Made by a program: the position numbers and the translations under genes
Notes under the pieces: model-generated
Databases searched by the model: none
The model's input: the letters and a program-made list of their open reading frames with translations, nothing else
What the model was told of the DNA's origin: nothing
Shown: in pieces, positions 60,473 to 64,000 of the stretch
Position numbering within the stretch: position 1 is the first letter of the stretch
Layout of the letters: each line of letters starts with the position of its first letter
Assembly: GCA_016933515.1 (NCBI GenBank)
Contig: JAFGAV010000113.1
Coordinates: forward strand, 19,023-83,022
Source of the DNA: Candidatus Aminicenantes bacterium
GTDB lineage: Bacteria; Acidobacteriota; Aminicenantia; Aminicenantales; JAFGAV01
Direction: 5' to 3'
Length of the DNA: 64,000 nt

Positions 60473-60969
60473 CGTCCCCACTCCACGGGAAGCCCGGCCG
60501 CGTTCCATTCGGCCCAGCCCCCGACATAGACCCTGAGGTTCCGCCAGCCCAACCGGGATATGCGGCGGGCCAGGATCAGGCTGTCCTGGCAGAGATCGCC
60601 CGAGCAATAAACGACGACATCCGCCTCCTGGGAAACGGCCAGGCTCTCCCAGATCATGTCCGACCCGGGGTCGTAGAGGGGAACGTTCTTCGCCCCGGCG
60701 ATGTGGCCGGCCTCGTATTCTTCCGGAGTGCGGGCGTCGATGAACACGGCCCGGCCGACGGCGAACAAATCCGCGGCTTCGGGCAGGGTGATGAGGGGAG
60801 GATCCTCGGAGGCCGCCGCTTCGGCGAAAACCAGCCGGTATTCCCCCCGGAAATACTTCACGACATGGCCGACATTGACCGCCAGGCCGACGGCCGCAGA
60901 GACGCAGGTTAGGAGAACGGCCCGGAGAATGATCCTTCTCCAGGATCCTTTTGCGTCGTTTCCGGTCAT
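60469..60969 (-). CDS. Membrane-anchored rhodanese-domain protein
   Basis: FIDAR..EY.AGHIAGA.N, VVYCSGDLC, YVGGWAEW. Confidence 0.9.
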   Translation of the reverse strand: MTGNDAKGSWRRIILRAVLLTCVSAAVGLAVNVGHVVKYFRGEYRLVFAEAAASEDPPLITLPEAADLFAVGRAVFIDARTPEEYEAGHIAGAKNVPLYDPGSDMIWESLAVSQEADVVVYCSGDLCQDSLILARRISRLGWRNLRVYVGGWAEWNAAGLPVEWGR

Positions 60970-61112
60970 AAAAGGCCTCGCTTCATTTTTCTTACAATCG
61001 CACCCGCCGGCTCCTTCGAAACTTTGCGCCTTTCGGCCAAAAAGGAGGGACCCGCCCGGCCACGCCGACTTTCATTGTCCCCGACAAGGCAAGAAGGTCT
61101 GTCCGTCGCCCG

Positions 61113-62309
61113 TCAGGGAAAAAGCTTTCGGTATTTTTCCAGGCCGGCCCGGAGGACGCGCACGGCCTCGCGCAGGTCCTTCTCGTTGAGGACGTAGGCC
61201 ATCCGGACCTCATCGAGCCCCCGGCCGGGCGTGGAATAAAATCCCGGCCCGGGAGCGACCATGACCGTCTGCCCGTCGAGCTCGAACTCGGTCAGCATCC
61301 AGGCGACGAAATGATCGGCGTCCTTGATGGGCAGCCGGACGACCATATAGAACGCGCCCTGGGGTTTGAGCACCAGGGTCCCGGGGATGGAGGAGACGCC
61401 CTCGAACAGGACGTTCCGGCGCCTCTCGTACTCCTCGCGGATGGGCTTGAAGAAATCGATGCCCATGCGGTAGGCGGCCAGCGCCGCCTTTTGTTCGATC
61501 GACGGCGGACAGAGCCGGGCCTGCGCGAAACGCAGGGCGGCTTCGAGCACCCGCTCGTTGCGGGTGACGAACGCGCCGATGCGCGCCCCGCAGGAGGAGA
61601 ATCTCTTGGAGACCGAGTCGGTGACGATGACATTGTCTTCCAGCCCGGAAAGCTCGAGGATGCTTTTGTGGACGAGGCCTTCGTAGGTGAATTCTTTGTA
61701 CACTTCGTCGCCGATCAGAAAGAGATTGTGTTTCTTGACCAACGCTCCGACCCGATCGAGCTCCTCGGGCGTATAGACCGTGCCCGTGGGATTGTTGGGC
61801 GAGCACAGCACGACGGCCCGGGTGCGCGGCGTGATCCGCGCCTCGAATTCCGCGGTCGGCGGCAGGCGGAAACCGTCGTCGGCTTTGAGCGTCAGGGGAA
61901 CGATTTTGATGTCGGCGAGGGAAGCGAACCCGTTGTAGTTGGTGTAGAAAGGCTCGGGGATGATGACTTCGTCGCCCGGATCGGCCACGGCGCAAAAGGC
62001 GAAAAAGACGGCTTCCGATCCGCCGGTGGTGATGATGATGTTGTCCTCGGTCAGGGGGATCTTGTAAGAGCCGAAATAAGCGGCCACGGCCTGCCGGAGC
62101 TCGAGGAATCCCTGGGCCGGCCCGTAACTCAGGATTTCTTGATCGAATTCGTGGACGGCGTCCAGAATGGGCCTCGGCGTGGGAATGTCCGGATCCCCGA
62201 TGTTGATGAACAAAACCCGCAAGCCCCGGGCGACGGCGGCGTCGGCCAGCGGTTTGAATTTGCGGATGGGGGAAGCCTGAATGGTCTTTCCGCGGCGGGA
62301 AATATCCAT
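61113..62309 (-). CDS. PLP-dependent aminotransferase class I/II
   Basis: NIGDPD, GGSEA, PNNPTG, DEVY, SVSKRF..CGARIG. Confidence 0.95.
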   Translation of the reverse strand: MDISRRGKTIQASPIRKFKPLADAAVARGLRVLFINIGDPDIPTPRPILDAVHEFDQEILSYGPAQGFLELRQAVAAYFGSYKIPLTEDNIIITTGGSEAVFFAFCAVADPGDEVIIPEPFYTNYNGFASLADIKIVPLTLKADDGFRLPPTAEFEARITPRTRAVVLCSPNNPTGTVYTPEELDRVGALVKKHNLFLIGDEVYKEFTYEGLVHKSILELSGLEDNVIVTDSVSKRFSSCGARIGAFVTRNERVLEAALRFAQARLCPPSIEQKAALAAYRMGIDFFKPIREEYERRRNVLFEGVSSIPGTLVLKPQGAFYMVVRLPIKDADHFVAWMLTEFELDGQTVMVAPGPGFYSTPGRGLDEVRMAYVLNEKDLREAVRVLRAGLEKYRKLFP

Positions 62310-62442
62310 GGATGAGTCCTCCGAAACCGACGAAGAATTGCAACCGGTTTATTTTAGCATAAATCTCAGCCCTCCTGAAGCCGTCGTCTTGCGCCTTGGG
62401 CCGGATTCTGCTATGTATTCAGGCGGAACGGGACTTCTCCAA

Positions 62443-63252
62443 ATGCGCCTCGACCCGACCGCCAAGATAACGAACAAAGAACGCTGGGGCGGCTACCATC
62501 TTCTCATCCTGGAATCGCCCGACATCGCCCGGGAAGCGGTGCCGGGGCAATTTCTCATGATCAGGGTCGCTTACGGCTCCCGGCCCTTGCTGCGGCGGCC
62601 GTTCGGCGTTCACAGCCGCAGCGACGGTTCGCTCGGCATATTCTTCAAAATCGAAGGCGAGGGCACGAATCTCCTGGCCGGGAAAAACCCAGGAGAGACG
62701 CTGGACCTCATCGGCCCCCTGGGAAAGGGATTCAACCTCGGTCTCGGCGAAGAAGGCGAAGCGCATTCGGGAGCGCCGGCGCTGGTCGTGGGCGGGGGAC
62801 GGGGCATCGCCCCCCTCGCATTCCTTGCGGCCGAGATGAGGAAAAACGGCCGGACGGTCAAGATCCTTTACGGAGGTCGGAGCCGGACCGACATCCCCCT
62901 CAAAGACAGGTTGAAAGCCGAGGGCGGGGACTTGGTCTGCGCGACGGACGACGGATCGTTCGGATTTTCCGGGCTCGTGACCGATCTCCTCGACAAGGAA
63001 ATCCAAAAGTCGCCCGCCTCGGCCGTCTACGCCTGCGGCCCCGAGCCCATGCTCGAGACCGTAAACCGCATCGCCGCGGCGGCCGGCCTGCCGTGCGAGC
63101 TTTCGCTCGAAGCCCGGATGGGCTGCGGATTCGGCGCCTGCTGGGGATGCGTCCGCCGCATCCGGAAGAACGGAGCCGAGAGCTGGGTCAAAATATGCGA
63201 GGACGGCCCCGTCTTCTCGGGCGGCGACGTCGTCTGGACGGTGAAGGGATGA
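62443..63252 (+). CDS. pyrK: Dihydroorotate dehydrogenase B electron transfer subunit
   Basis: PGQF, LRRPF, GPLG, GGGRGIAP, ACGP, MGCGFGACWGC..C. Start uncertain. Confidence 0.92.
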   Translation: MRLDPTAKITNKERWGGYHLLILESPDIAREAVPGQFLMIRVAYGSRPLLRRPFGVHSRSDGSLGIFFKIEGEGTNLLAGKNPGETLDLIGPLGKGFNLGLGEEGEAHSGAPALVVGGGRGIAPLAFLAAEMRKNGRTVKILYGGRSRTDIPLKDRLKAEGGDLVCATDDGSFGFSGLVTDLLDKEIQKSPASAVYACGPEPMLETVNRIAAAAGLPCELSLEARMGCGFGACWGCVRRIRKNGAESWVKICEDGPVFSGGDVVWTVKG

Positions 63253-64000
63253 CCGTCCGCTCGGCCGTCGATCTCTCCGTCGACCTGGGATTCCTGCGCC
63301 TCAAGAATCCCGTCCTGGCCGCTTCGGGCACATTCGGCTACGGCCCGGAATTCGAGCCGTTCCTCGATCCCGGCCGTCTGGGCGGATTCGTGGTCAAAGG
63401 CCTGCATTTCGATCCCCGGCCCGGCAATCCCCCTCCCCGACTGGCGGAAACCCCTTCGGGCCTCATCAACGCCGTCGGACTCCAGGGCGTCGGCGTCGCC
63501 TCTTTCTGCGAAAAAACCCTCCCCCGCCTGCGCGGCTATAAGACGGCGGTCATCGTCAATGTCTGCGGCGCGGATACGGAGGAGTATGTCCGCGTCGTCG
63601 AATATCTGGACGGGCACGAGGGCATCGCCGCCTACGAGCTCAACATCTCCTGCCCCAACGTCAAGGCCGGCGGCGCCTGCCCGGCTCAGAGCCCCGCCGC
63701 GACCCGCAAGGTCGTCGCCGCAGTCAAGAAGCGCTCGCGCCGGCCGGTCATCACCAAGCTCTCGCCCAACGTCACCGACGTGGCGGCCGTCGCCGCCGCA
63801 GCCGAGGAGGCCGGCACGGATGCGGTGTCCCTGGTCAACACGTTCCTGGCCATGGCCGTCGACGTCGAAACGCGCCGGCCGAAAGTGGCCAACGTCTACG
63901 GCGGGCTGAGCGGCCCGGCCATCCGCCCCATCGCCCTGCGGATGGTCCATCAGACCGCCTCGCGGGTCCGGATCCCCGTCATCGGGCTGGGAGGTATCGC
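63249..64000 (+). CDS. pyrD: Dihydroorotate dehydrogenase family 1B (3' truncated by window edge)
   Basis: Not in ORF track. Translates MTVRSAVDLSVDLGFLRLKNPVLAASGTFGYG..GNPPPRLAET..NAVGLQ..ELNISCPNV..KLSPNV..VNT..GGLSGPAIRP. Confidence 0.95.
   Translation, partial: MTVRSAVDLSVDLGFLRLKNPVLAASGTFGYGPEFEPFLDPGRLGGFVVKGLHFDPRPGNPPPRLAETPSGLINAVGLQGVGVASFCEKTLPRLRGYKTAVIVNVCGADTEEYVRVVEYLDGHEGIAAYELNISCPNVKAGGACPAQSPAATRKVVAAVKKRSRRPVITKLSPNVTDVAAVAAAAEEAGTDAVSLVNTFLAMAVDVETRRPKVANVYGGLSGPAIRPIALRMVHQTASRVRIPVIGLGGI

Overview
A GC-rich bacterial chromosomal segment, gene-dense and mostly housekeeping. The gene content suggests an anaerobic diderm, possibly Aminicenantes/Acidobacteriota-like, but that is only an impression. 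It carries a NuoF/GltD-Fe-S-FMN glutamate-synthase-like redox cluster, trpS-scpAB, ispH-rpsA-IHF/HU, iadA-nhaC, a multiheme cytochrome plus Cyc2-like cytochrome-porin pair, ffh-rpsP-khpA-rimM-trmD-rplS-rnhB, pfkA, accBC, miaA-hflX, a glycosyltransferase/WcaJ cluster and pyrK-pyrD. The main discovery is non-coding: a MITE family with five copies (four of 82 bp, one of 279 bp), ~23-bp terminal inverted repeats (TIRs) and 9-bp target-site duplications (TSDs). In all five, the duplicated 9-mer directly abuts the -35 hexamer of a correctly spaced sigma70-type promoter, whatever the element orientation and with no shared target sequence. This points to promoter-guided transposition. The long copy holds a nested 194-bp rod-like hairpin with tandem G.A mismatches, and a shorter covarying homolog of that hairpin lies next to another copy. 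Also noted: several apparently leaderless transcripts and an unannotated 31-aa membrane peptide upstream of miaA. All calls come from manual reading; no database searches were run.
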